A stretch of DNA of 63,748 nucleotides, filler included, from Sphaeroforma arctica JP610 (taxonomy: Eukaryota), in assembly GCF_001186125.1 (NCBI RefSeq). It is 4 parts of 2 records of this genome, joined end to end, with 100 filler letters (N's around TTAATTAATTAA, not from the genome) between each part and the next. Parts side by side here need not be neighbours in the genome. Positions count along the whole stretch, not along the records: positions 1 to 24,602 come from NW_014040539.1; 3 more parts are not named here. The stretch is one strand, 5' to 3'. The notes below the pieces were generated by a model. That model searched no databases. It was not told the DNA's origin and saw only the letters and a program-made list of their open reading frames with translations. The position numbers and the translations under genes were made by a program. Position 1 is the first letter of the stretch. Each line of letters starts with the position of its first letter. This document shows positions 1 through 11,816 of the stretch, in pieces.

Positions 1-16
1 TAAATAACTGAAAATA

Positions 17-83
17 TGTAAACTTCGAAGGAAATTACTAGGTTTCAAACTATATTAAACTAAAATACAATTTAGTCAGTTAG
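17..83. repeat. Terminal fragment of a TGTAAACTTCGA-ended repeat family (second copy at 37861-38050)
   Basis: 17-83 is the near-exact reverse complement of 37984-38050 and begins with TGT. Confidence 0.7.
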
Positions 84-103
84 GATTTAGCAGTGGTAGC
101 TTG

Positions 104-612
104 TGTAAGAATGATCGGGACTGCCTCTTGTTAAGAGCCTAAATATCCTCGATCACACAGGGCGTACCTCTAGCTGTTCTTTATTGAATAATTTTTACTA
201 TAAGTACTAAGTGTTCATGACCACATGCCTAATTTGTAGATAGACATAATAACGTAAGTCACGTTAATACATTAGCTGATATAAATAAAGTTACATCTGA
301 AGAAAAGTTAAAAAAAAGAAAAAGACCTATTGGATTTTGGAGATTGGCGGGAGGACCAAATTCTATAAGTAGTAGTTCGGAGATTATAAAATTTAGTTTA
401 TAATATCCTACATCTACTAATGTCTCAAACAGGTCCAAGTAGATGAGTCATACCAAATACTCAGGCTATTGGAGCCATCAGAGTGAATTTAGAACACTTT
501 GGAAATATTGGAAAAAGAGCTTGTATTAAATTTTTTAAAATACAAATAAAAACCAATGTATTATCTCAATTGATCTTGATATTTTAGACTGACCGGAGGC
601 CGTATTTCTACA
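104..612. mobile_element. Probable LTR of a second family (LTR-B)
   Basis: Begins TGTAAG and ends TTCTACA; its last ~90 bp (520-612) recur at 36631-36722. The left boundary is uncertain and there is no TSD. Confidence 0.5.
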
Positions 613-624
613 GTATGTTATTCC

Positions 625-1843
625 GGCGCCAAGGAATATTAATAATCCCCGCAGACGTGTGAACGATATCGAGTTTAATCGCTTCGACCGAACGGCTTTA
701 CACCAACCCGCAGAAGATTTCCACTCTGACGAGGTGACCGACCTTAATAAATCGGTCGACGACTATACCAATAAAATGGAAGTCGCCCATGCTGCGCATC
801 ATGCTGATGACGTAGCATACTATGCGAATATTATTGCGATTAAACAAATGCGCATAAACTAATTACTTCAGGCCCAACGTGGACAAGACCACAGGGACAA
901 CCAGAAGTACAAGGGACAGATCAGTCGACTTAAGTCGAACTGGGATGCCAACAGCAAACAGGTCGAGTTTATAAACAACCATGACCTCGACACGCTAACT
1001 CGTACGCTTAATACGTTTACGGTCATGCTGGAGACGAATGATATCGCTCCTCAACAATTGATCTCTGCCTTAACGCAGACATTTGACCCTACAGGGACCA
1101 GTTATCTGATCCTGCAGCGACACCAGCATGAGCTAGACACTTGTCGTGACTTGCCAGCTGTGTGTTGGTTGGTCACATCCTTGTTAAGTAAGGATATGCG
1201 TAGCCCTGAGCTAAGTTCAATTTTAAATGAACCAGCCGAGGACACGCCCATTCAGAGTTATATTCTGAAGTTAGACGCTGACCTGAAACGTCCCAATATA
1301 ACAAAGGACAAGGCACAGCGATGGTACGAATTCCTGGTTTCGCACGTGTTCTGTAAGAACATAGAATAACACGCGACTGGGGCTCGAGACAAGGGACATG
1401 AAACAAAGTTTTATCTATCCCGACTTACATGGGAACAGTTTTATGATACTGTATCCCTTATTTTTCCCGCACATCGAGTAACAGCGAAAGGAAAAGCGGC
1501 TGTTAAGAAGCCGCGGGAGCTCACCGATCACGGGTACGTATCCAGGCAGACCTCAAACGAGAGACTCCAACATACATGTACTCGCGACTCCACTTTAACC
1601 ACGCGACCCAATAAACGGGCACGCGCAGGAGCGAAGGACATGGAACCTCCATTTAAGGAGATTAAGAAATGTGCCGACGCCCAGTGTGGGTATGACATGT
1701 ACCAGTTAACCCCTAACTGGTATTGGAATGGTAGACAAGCATCCACCTGTACACACTTTCTTACTAAGTGTGACAAGTGTGAGAAGACCAATGGTTATCA
1801 CACTAAGTCTTGTGACCGAAAGCCCAACATTAAGTTGGAGTGA
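625..1843 (+). pseudogene. gag: gag remnant (3' part) with C-terminal Cys/His zinc-finger motifs
   Basis: ORFs 659-862, 1025-1369 and 1640-1843 are colinear with the minus-strand gag at 7001-9128; ends in CDKCEKTNGYHTKSC. Confidence 0.8.
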
Positions 1844-4800
1844 CGGTACTACCAGGTACAATCATTACACGGACATTACAACGACTCTTTAGATGAGCGT
1901 GTAATAATCCCTGTATATTGCAATGGAAATAAAGTCCTTGCGTTGATTGATCACGGTTCAGAAATTTCATGTATGTCCGATCGCTTTGCATCAGGTACAA
2001 TCATTACACGGACATTACAACGACTCTTTAGATGAGCGTGTAATAATCCCTGTATATTGCAATGGAAATAAAGTCCTTGCGTTGATTGATCACGGTTCAG
2101 AAATTTCATGTATGTCCGATCGCTTTGCATTAATGAAAGATATCGAAAGGAGAACACAAACAACTCATCTCATTTTAACTGATGATAAAATCTCCCTGGC
2201 CGATGATAGGAGTATCACTACTCAAGCTGTGATAGTAAAGATGTCACAGAAGTACGACATTATAGTCGGAATGAGTGATTTGCTCACTATAGGTATAATT
2301 GTAACTGGTCTACCAACTAACATAGATCCATTAAAGGATCAATCAGACGATAACTGTCTGAATCCATATAAGCCCCCGTCAGACATAGTCAAGGCAGTAA
2401 TACATGACTTTGCGGACAAAACCATGGATCTGATTCTTGTTAATAAGAAAATAAAGAACACAGATTGGGCAAAATTCCGCTTTAACGACGGATATGTCAG
2501 CCTTGACTTGACCAAGGTGGACTTTACACAGTTGAAGTGCTCCTCAAGGAACTATGTATCCTGGAGACACGAGGCTGTGGTAAAAGAACAAGTTGAGAAA
2601 TGGTTAGCAGATGGAGTGATAGAAATTAACTATCAACAGACGCCAGTTGACTTGGCATTGCTAGCTGTAGACCAACATAACTCTGACGGATCGTTTAAGA
2701 AAGTCAGAGTATGTTTAAATATGAGTCCGATAAATAAGTTATTGCCGACTCATAGCTTTCACCTTTCTCGTATTAGCGAGCTACTGCGAAGGATGGAAGG
2801 TGCTACAGTGTTTACAACTATAGACATTACACAAGGATATCATCAAATGTAGATATATGAACCCCACCGTAAATACTTTAGCTTTACGTGGAAAGGTAAA
2901 AAATACAGGTTCAGAGGTGCACCTTTCGGGTTACACTCTTTACCAGCATTCTTCCAACAAGTAATGGAAGAAATGTTTGCAGACATGCCTAACGTGCAAG
3001 TCTACATAGATGACATAGTCATCTTTTCTAAGACTACAGGCGAACACGCCGCATTAGTCAGACGAGTCCTTAAGAGACTCAATGAGCAAAGCTTCAAGAT
3101 TAACTAGAAGAAATGCCACTTCGCAATGAGCGAAATACAGCTCTTAGGCTACCATATATTTGGGGGAGGTATTAAGATCGACCCCGGTAAGGTAGAACAC
3201 CTGTGAGATTGGCGAACACCAACTACAGGAAGAGATGTTAACAGCATGTGTGGGTTTGTAAACTTCTTTTCAAATGGAGTACCACACTTAGCTGACTACC
3301 TTAAACCTTTTGGACACTTAAGATGTCATAAAGGCAAACTAGGAGACTTGTGGACTAAAGAGTGTGATGACGCATTTAAAGCGCTCAAACACGCAGTCCA
3401 ACAAGCCCCAGTTGTACAAGGGCCAGTCGATGGCGTGCCGTTTGAAATAGCAACGGACGCATCAGACTTAGCCTTAGGAGGAGTATTATATCAGGTTATA
3501 GATAACAAACCTAAATATATACAATTCTTTAGTCGAGCAATGAATGCTTCACAGTTGAATTATCCAACTGTTAAACAAGAGCTATTAGGCATAGTGGCAG
3601 CTCTAACACACTTCCGAGATTACTTATACGGAACAGCATTTGCGCTGATGTGTGATCCGAAATCTCTTCAATATATGAAAGAGATGAAACCCGACTCGCA
3701 ATTACTGAGTCGCTGGCATGATACAATATCAAAGTTTCATTTTGATATAGAACATCTGCCAGGAATACATAACCATTGACAGGATATGTTATCATGCTTC
3801 ATACCGGACTTTAATGAATGCGTACGTGAGTTACTAGCCACTGACTGGAAATGTAACCCCAGGTGGTTTGAACTGGCTCAAAAGGTATTTGGGCCACATA
3901 CCATAAATATGTTTGCTGCACTTCATAATGCACAACTATCGAATTACAGGACTTTAAATCTTCCTTTGGGAGACGCCTTTCAAATAGACCTCTCCAAACA
4001 TAATGCGTGGGCTAATCCACCATGGCAGTTAATTGCACAGCTATTAAATTATGTTTATATACATAAAGCTACCATCACGTTGTGTTGCCCATTACGGAGT
4101 AAAGATCCATGGCTCAATAAATTAATAAGCATGATACAATGCGAGCCAATATATTTAGATAGGGAAGTAGATACTTTCCTATATCAGGGTACCCGAACCG
4201 TCCAGAAGACGCCCTGGTGACATACTATAATATGTCGTATAGGTACCATTGGAACAACCAAATGGACCCCTTCTGAGACCTTCCTTAACAAGGTCAAAGA
4301 ATCAGAGATTCCACTCTCTACCCAATTGAACGTTAAGCAGTTCAAAGGCAACACAGCACTCGAAGTCTGTGCACAAGAAATACAATCTACTAATGACACT
4401 ACAGTTAAGAAGCGTCAGTCTCGAGCTAGGACTCTGTTTAATAACATAAAGTCCAAGCCCGAGGTCTTTCAAACCCTATTTTTAAAGGGATTAATGAAAG
4501 ACGATCCTGAAGCGTATACACATACAATGCGACTATTTAATAGGTCAGGTGTATCTAACGCACACGAGCGCACTCATGACACTCATGCGAAAGCAGGACA
4601 GGAGTCTGGAAACACTACAGACTTAGAGACCACGCAAGTGGATTCTCAACACCCTACCTTTATTCTGGAGGAACAGAAAGATGAAAACTTTCTTGCTTGG
4701 CTGACGCAAACCCATAAGCTGAAGCACCAGAACGTAGTAGACGCACTTAAAGATGCTAAGCGAAATAGGATCGCGCACCCTAAGCTGGCAGCTTTAGTTG

Positions 4801-6100
4801 ACAGAGTATATCAGTCATGTACAGACTGTGATCTCAATCAGATCAAGCGCTATGGGTTCGCACCGCTTAAGTGTGTGACTGAAGATGTTCCATGGCGCAG
4901 GGTCATCATTGATCTGGTTGACCTGCCCACGTCCGAGTACACAGGCGACCGTTACGTATGCCACTTCTTTGATGTGGCGCCACGGTTTAACTTGCTCTAT
5001 CCATTAAAGAATAAGAATACACAGACCGTGGCAGAAATATGTTGCCAAATCTTTGCTGACCACGGGTGGCCAGGTATTATGTGCACTGAGAACGGTAGTG
5101 AGTTCTGCGATGTTGTATGGAATCGCTAGTACTCGTATTAGGCATATGCTATAGGAGAGGTGTGCCATATAAGCCGCAAACGCAAGGCGCGAATGAAACG
5201 CGCCATAGAAGACTTAAGTTCTTCTTGCGTACTGCATTAACGGATGATGCAGATGATTGGCCGTACCACCTTAAGTGGGTACAACATAGATGAACGAGTG
5301 TGCTGATCCGATTACAGGAACTACACCCGCTCACTATTTTCGTGGCAAATATAGTGAGTTACAAATACCCTTTAACAAGGACGAACCTGATCACCATGAG
5401 TTACCATAGTTAGAGAAGGTACAACGTATTTATAACGTTGTATATCCTTGATTGCGAGAAATACGCAATATAGCCGTATTAAAAAGGCAAAAGCGTTGGA
5501 ACACTACCAAGAAGATAGCAGAGTATCAGGTCGGTGACAGAGTTAACATCCGTCAGCGTAATTCCAATGCTATTGTATTAACATCTAAATGGATAGGACC
5601 ATACATAATCTCTGTAGCCGACACTAAAAGTAAAACCTATGAGGTTAATAACCCCGACGGTCCTAGTGCTTTAAATATAGGCACTAGTCGGATACAGACT
5701 ACCGAGATTATACTTGTAAGAAGATATGACTCTAATGTCCCTCTTGATCGTTCTGAATTTAAAGACAGATAAGGGAGGTTATATTTACTATCGTACACGC
5801 TTTATAGACGGTACAATCGCTGAGTTGACTTCAGATGCTTTCGACAATCAAGACTATTTAAAAGCCTTTAATCGAAAATGGCGTAAACGCCTGCATAAGT
5901 CGCAAGCTGGAAAAGATAGCATGTTTCCATCGTCGGAAGGCACGGAAGTTAATACTTATACGCATACAGCATTTATCCCGAGCTTTAATGCTCACCCTTC
6001 ATATGTGCTTAAGACACTGAAGCGTACGAAACGTCCAGTCGACCACCACGGACCTACTGGACCCAAGCCCAAAACTCACATGGTAACCGAGAACGCTTAA
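1844..6100 (+). pseudogene. pol: pol polyprotein remnant (protease, RT, RNase H, N6-adenine MTase, integrase)
   Basis: ORFs starting at 1947, 3246, 3786 and 4326 share one frame and are separated by in-frame stops only; frameshifts appear after ~5130. Confidence 0.93.
3843..4250 (+). other. DNA N6-adenine methyltransferase domain (phage Dam-like / DIRS MT-like) embedded in pol
   Basis: DWKCNPRWF...FGPHTINMFAALHNAQL...DAFQIDLS...AWANPPWQLI...ATITLCCP...W; catalytic NPPW at 4014-4025. Confidence 0.85.
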
Positions 6101-6239
6101 CTTCTCCGCCTGAGAAACATTAACTATATTTTATGCTACTTAATGTTTTCGACCCGGTTTTCCATTCTCGCTTTTTGACCCATAATCAGCTTGAGTGAGC
6201 AACCTGCTTCTCCTGCGTCTCAAAGCTGGATGGAGGCTG

Positions 6240-7000
6240 TGTAATAGCCGGGCCTCCACATTAGACTCTATGTTATAAACGTACTCTTAAGCAGTACGTA
6301 AATTAGAAACGTACTCTTAATAGTACAAGGAACTTAAGTTTCCTAAACGGGTTTTAATGGTCCTATTAATTAATACCTTTTCCATTTTACATATCAGATA
6401 TTTGGACGAGGTCATTAAAAGGCCCCAGTAAAATACCATACATAAGAGTTGTTCTAGTTCTATTAATAGTACTATATTTACTTTCCAACTTTATTTATAT
6501 CTGAATACTTCGGTAGCGAGATGGCTCAACCGAATATGGGTTTCTAGGGACTATTAACGTTACCTAGTTGATCCTCCGATCAGCCAACCAGATGTGCCAG
6601 TCTGATGAAGTCTAAGTCGGTAATTCTTGATAAGTGGCAAGTTATTGGTTAGACAATAACTAAGGACATCAAGAGTATTTTCTTCTTCTTTTTTCTTCTA
6701 AAGATAGGATTTTATGAGTCACTCAGATTCGTCCCAATGAAACATACCATAGTTTCTAATAGAGCGACAACAAAACACTAAATAAAATCCCTTCGGCGGA
6801 AACAGTACTGAGAGGATTAATATGGGCAATGTCTCAGCTTCACAATCCCTCAGAGTATTGCTGTTTTCACGATGCATACCCAACTTTACTAAAAGTCTCA
6901 TTTGGTTTATTTACTTTGATATGTTCACGATACTTAGAATTTACCTACGCGTTTATTTACTCTAAGGCGTTAATATCGCCTTAATAGACCGAATCTTACA
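6240..7000 (+). repeat. Family A 3' LTR (761 bp)
   Basis: TGTAATAGCC...GAATCTTACA, preceded by a PPT; four further copies in the window. Confidence 0.95.
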
Positions 7001-9128
7001 AACGTAATGTCGGGCTTTTTGTCGCAAGAATTGGCGTGATAGCCATTGGTCTTCTCACACTTGTCATACTTAGTAAGAAAGTGTGTACAGGTGGGTACAT
7101 GTCTGCCATTCTAATAACCGTTAGTGGCCAATTGGTACATGTCATACCCACACTGTGCGTCGGCATATTTCCTAATCTAGTTCAATGGAGGTTCCTTGTC
7201 CTTCGCATCCGTGCGTGCCCGTTTATTGGGTCGCCTTGATTGAGTGGTGTCGCGAGTGAGCACGTGTCTGGTTAGGTCTGACGTGAGAGATGTCCTTAAT
7301 CAGGGAGCTCGCGCGGTTTCTTATTTACTGCTTTTCCCTTCGAGGTTACTCGGTGTGCGGGGAAATGAGTGGATACAGTATCATAAAACTGCTCCCACGT
7401 AAGTTGGGATAGATAAAAACTTTGTTTAATGTCCCTTGTCTCGAGCCTCAGTTGCGTAGTTACGTCGCAACTCGGTGTACAGACTTTCACGGTCGTTGTT
7501 CATATGTTGTTACAGAAAACATGCATAAAAAGGAACTTGTACCATCGCTTTGTTTTATCTAGACGTTTAAGGTCAGCATCAAGTTTCAGAATGTAACTCT
7601 GAACAGGAGTATTCTCAACTGGTTCAGTTAAGATTGAACTCAGTCCTGGACTGCGCATGTCCTTGCTTAATAAAGACGTAACCAACCAACACACAACTGG
7701 CCAGTCACGACAAGTGTCTAGCTTATACGGGTGTCGCTGCAGGGTCAAATAATTGCATTAAAGCAAAAATCCATTGCTGGTCAGAGATATCATTCGTCTC
7801 CAGCATGACCGTAAATGCAGTAAGCGTACGGGTTAGCGTGTCAAGGTCATGGTTGTTTATAAACTCGACCTGCTTGCTATTGGCATCCCAGTTCGACTTA
7901 AGTCACGTTGGGCCTGAAGTAGCTGATCGATGCACCTTTGCTTAATCGCGATCTTATTAGCAAAATATGATACATCATCAGCATGGTGCGCATCATGGGC
8001 GGTTTCCACTTTAATAATGTAATCGTCAACCGATTTATTAAGTTCGGTCACCTCGTCAGAGTCGAAATCCTCTGCGGGCTGGTGTAATGCTGTGTGATCG
8101 AAATGATTAAATTCGACTTCGTTAACACGTTTACGGGGGTGTTTATTACCCCTCGTAAAATCCATGGTCGAGGCCTTTCGGTGCTCTGTTCCTCGGATAG
8201 TGGTTGATTTTATAATCTTGGGTGATTTATGCGTCCGGATGACGTACTCAGTCTTAACTGGTTTCCGACGATTGTCATCCCAGTTGGGTAAAGGTGGCGG
8301 AGTATTTTTACCTGCCTCTGGGTCTATAATACCCTCAAGGACGGGCGACTCATGGCCGGGCGTTAGAACAGGCGAATAATTAGCATAGAGCTCTGGTGGT
8401 GGTACCTCGTAAGGCATAGATACGCTGAGCACATCTGGTACATCTGCCACAGTTGTAGCGCTCAAGCCTTTACGCTCTTCGGGCGTAATTGCCTGTCGAC
8501 GTTCTGTCCACTTCTGTAGGGCTTCGGTAAATCCCGGAGAAACATGCTCGCGTAAGTGCTGTGTATGGTTTCCTAATCTATACAATCGATCTACATGTTC
8601 AACAGCCATGTCCTTCATAAGGGTGGCTAACTGATTCTTAAGATCAGTGTTTTCAGTAATTAACTTACTTATGTGCGTTGGTTCAGTGGTCTCGGACGTA
8701 GATTCGGGGTTGCCACTTGAGCCTGCCTCCTCATCTGGTTCCGTTATAGGTACCTTCTGAGATTCATCTTTGTCCCCTATAATTGGGGGCTTTTCTTTCT
8801 GAGTTTCGTCAGAAGAATTGGATGGGATGTCTTGAGACGTGTCCCTTGTCTCACATTTTGGCTTCGCAAATGCCAGCTTTAAAGTTGAGGCAATAGTTGG
8901 CCCTCGGCCTCTATATGTAGGAGTAGTTTCCTTAATAGGAGTGGCTACATCCTTATCTGAGGTATTGTCTTGACTATTATTGTCGGAGACAAGTGCTTCG
9001 GCTACGGTGCGGTTAAACGCATCGGCAGCGGCAGCGGTTGCTTCTGCGGCAGCGGTAGCAACTTCTCTTTCCATCCTTTTACGTTCGGCCTTGCATTTCT
9101 TTGCAGGCGTATTGTCTTTCTTTGTCAT
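7001..9128 (-). pseudogene. gag: Long gag (about 700 codons, frameshifted)
   Basis: ORFs 7857-9128, 7500-7748 and 7296-7490 match the + strand gag (e.g. EFNxFDxTALHQPAEDF, CWLVTSLLSKDMRSP). Confidence 0.8.
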
Positions 9129-9254
9129 AATCTTAACTTATGACTTCAGTATTATTCTCCTAAGGAATGACTTTGCTTAAGAAAACATTTCGTGATAGTT
9201 AACCTTTACGTTTAAGTAGTCTAAGTAATTAGTACCTTTGCTATCTTTAAAATG

Positions 9255-10028
9255 TGTAAGATTCGGTCTATCAAGGCAATATTAATGCCTTAGAGTAAGT
9301 AAACGTGTAGGTAAAGTCTAAGTATCGTAAAATTTAAAGTAAATAAACGAAATGAGTCTTTTAGTAGAGTTAGGTATGCCTCGTGAAAAGCGCAATACTC
9401 TGAGGGATTGTGAAGCTGAGACATTGCCTATATATAATCCTCTCAGGACTGTTTTCGCCGAAGGGATTTTATTTAGTGTTCCGTTGTCGCTCTATTAGAA
9501 ACTATGGTATGTTTCGTTGGGGCGAATCCGAGAGACTCATAAAATCCTAGCTTTAGAAAAAAAAGAAAAGATAAAAAAATAAAGGAAAAATACTCCTGAT
9601 GTCCATGGTTATTGCATTTACCAATAACTTGTCACTTATCAAGAATTACCGACTTAGCCTTCGTCAGACTGGCACATCTGGTTGGCAGAACGGAGGATAA
9701 ACTAAGCAACGCTAATAGTCCTCAGAAACCTATGTTCGGTTGAGCCATCTCGCTACCGAAGTTTTCAGATATAAATAAAGTTGAAAAGTATATATAGTTC
9801 TATTAATAGAACTAGACCAACTCTTATGTTTGGTATTTTACTGGGGCCTTTTAATGGCCTTGTCCAAATATCTGATATGTAAAATGGAAAAGGTACTAAT
9901 TAATAAAACCATTACAACCATTTAAGAAACTTATGTTCCTCGTACTATTAAGAGTACTTTTATAGTTTACGTACTGCTTAAGAGTACGTTTATAACATAT
10001 AGTCTAATGTGCAGGCCCGGCTATTACA
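9255..10028 (-). repeat. Family A 5' LTR (774 bp)
   Basis: Reverse-complement homolog of 6240-7000 with TG...CA termini. Confidence 0.95.
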
Positions 10029-11816
10029 GTTGGGGCTATTGTTGTGGATGTTGCTTTTGTTAGAAATGTTGCTGTTACTAGGGATGTTGCAGTTTCTGGT
10101 GACATTGTTGCTGTGGGTGGTGTTGCAGTTGCTGGTAGTTCCGTAGTTTCTAGGGGTGTTACAGTTGCTTAGGGTGCCGTAGCTGCTATAGCTGCTAGAG
10201 GCTTTGTAGCTCCTGGGGATGTTGTAACTACTGACGGTGTCGTAATTGTTGGAGAGGCCTGATCATTATGAGGCTTTTTGTTTGCAAAAATTGTTGAGAT
10301 AAATCCACTGCGGATAGAGTCCAAGGATGGCATCGTTTTCTTTTGCTTTGGTGGCTTTCTACGTATAAGTTGAATATACACTGGAAGGTCAAGAGCGCTG
10401 GCTGCGAAAAAACTATCTAAATTCTTGTCGCCAGTAATAATATTGCCGTTACTATTGACCGCGAGAAAGCTATCAAACTCATTGTCGGCATTCAATTCAA
10501 AATTTGATTGATGCATGCCATCGCCATCGACATCGACATCGACGTCAACATCATTATGGACATCGAACTGATATTGCTGATCTCCTTCATAGACAAAATG
10601 ACTCGCATTGTATGTTTAAAGTTGGTGTTCCTATTGTCGGTGATCTACTAGTGTAATTATTCTCGAGAAATTCTTCTGAATTGGAAAACTGTAGGCGTGT
10701 TTTCAAGTATTCACTATATTCGCTACGTGGACTACGTGAACCCCTCTCTCTTGTCGACAGTACAGTGTCGCGTGTATCACGATTGTTTGTTGCTTGTGCT
10801 CTCAGAATTGATGGCTTGCTTGGTACGCAAATAGTCTTGCGAGGCTGTTTAGGTCTTTTCTTACTCCTATATACTATACTACCTGCGGTACCATATGTAG
10901 TTCTAGTAGGCTCTACAGGTACATCATCAGGACCCTTGATGAGGTCACGCATCTTCTTGGCGCGGCGACATAATTACCTAATTCTACTGCGGATATGTGC
11001 GATTTAAACATGATGATCTCCTAGTTTATAACTATAAACTATACGTGTGTTACTATGTATCTATGCAACGGTTGTGAAGGCTACAATGGATGCACCCTGT
11101 TTGAACACGCAAAATGCGTCCGTTGTAGTTTTGGTTTCAATTTATTGTTTTTGTCGTGCTTTTCGGCGGTCCGGTGGCACCCAATGAAATGCAAACCACG
11201 TTTTCGAAGACAATTTTTAAGTTTACGTACTATTTTGAACTTTACCGTAAAACTTTAACGATATCAGAATGTTTTCGAGGGTCCGAGACCCTCGAAAAGT
11301 TGACCTCGATATAATAAATTTTCATATTTCACAAGGTTCGCTCATTGGTCCACAACTATATTGAGTCAACTATATCGGTGAACTATTTTTCGGTTATACG
11401 GGCCCTCCCTTACGTAGCTATTGGCAGAGAATATGGTTCCACGCAAAAAAAAAAGGACCGTTCTATGAGTTCTGATTGGTCCAGACGTTGGTACAAGTCA
11501 AAGCAGGTGGAACCACTCCAGGTAGAGGCCCAAGTACGTATATTCGAGAGCACACCTCTTATGAACGGAGTGTGAATGGGGTTTTTATTTTATCTTCCAG
11601 TCGAAACATGTCTTNNNNNNNNNNNNNNNNNNNNAACGTATCCATATTTATACATTTATAAATTGCTATATTTTTGTATTTGGTACGTACACGGTTATAT
11701 CTATACACTTATATACATATGTATGTCTATTTATGCCTACTTTATCTTTTGAATGTTCATAAATAACTGTATAACAAAAAACTGAATGTCGATTGAGTTC
11801 TGCGATTGCCGATTAG

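Larger units (their letters stand above)
613..7000 (+). mobile_element. 5'-truncated, decayed Ty3/gypsy LTR retrotransposon (family A): gag-PR-RT-RH-MTase-IN, PPT, 3' LTR
   Basis: Domain order PR (ALIDHGSE), RT (YIDD at 3003-3014), RNase H (ATDAS...ELL), integrase (HHCC, DLVD, NGSEF, GPY) is the gypsy order. A purine tract at 6228-6236 precedes a TGTAA...TTACA LTR. Confidence 0.95.
7001..10028 (-). mobile_element. 5' half of a second family-A gypsy copy (5' LTR, leader, gag), opposite orientation
   Basis: LTR at 10028-9255, then a 423-aa ORF at 9128-7857 and further gag fragments homologous to 625-1843; broken at the end of gag by the LTR at 6240-7000. Confidence 0.9.

Noticed and set aside
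613..7000. Classifying the MTase-bearing element as a DIRS element
   Set aside because: No tyrosine recombinase and no inverted or split termini; it has a protease, DDE integrase, PPT and TG...CA LTR.
10169..10952. Two minus-strand low-complexity ORFs next to the LTR
   Set aside because: Interrupted by stops and with no recognisable domain; cannot be called as gene or TE.
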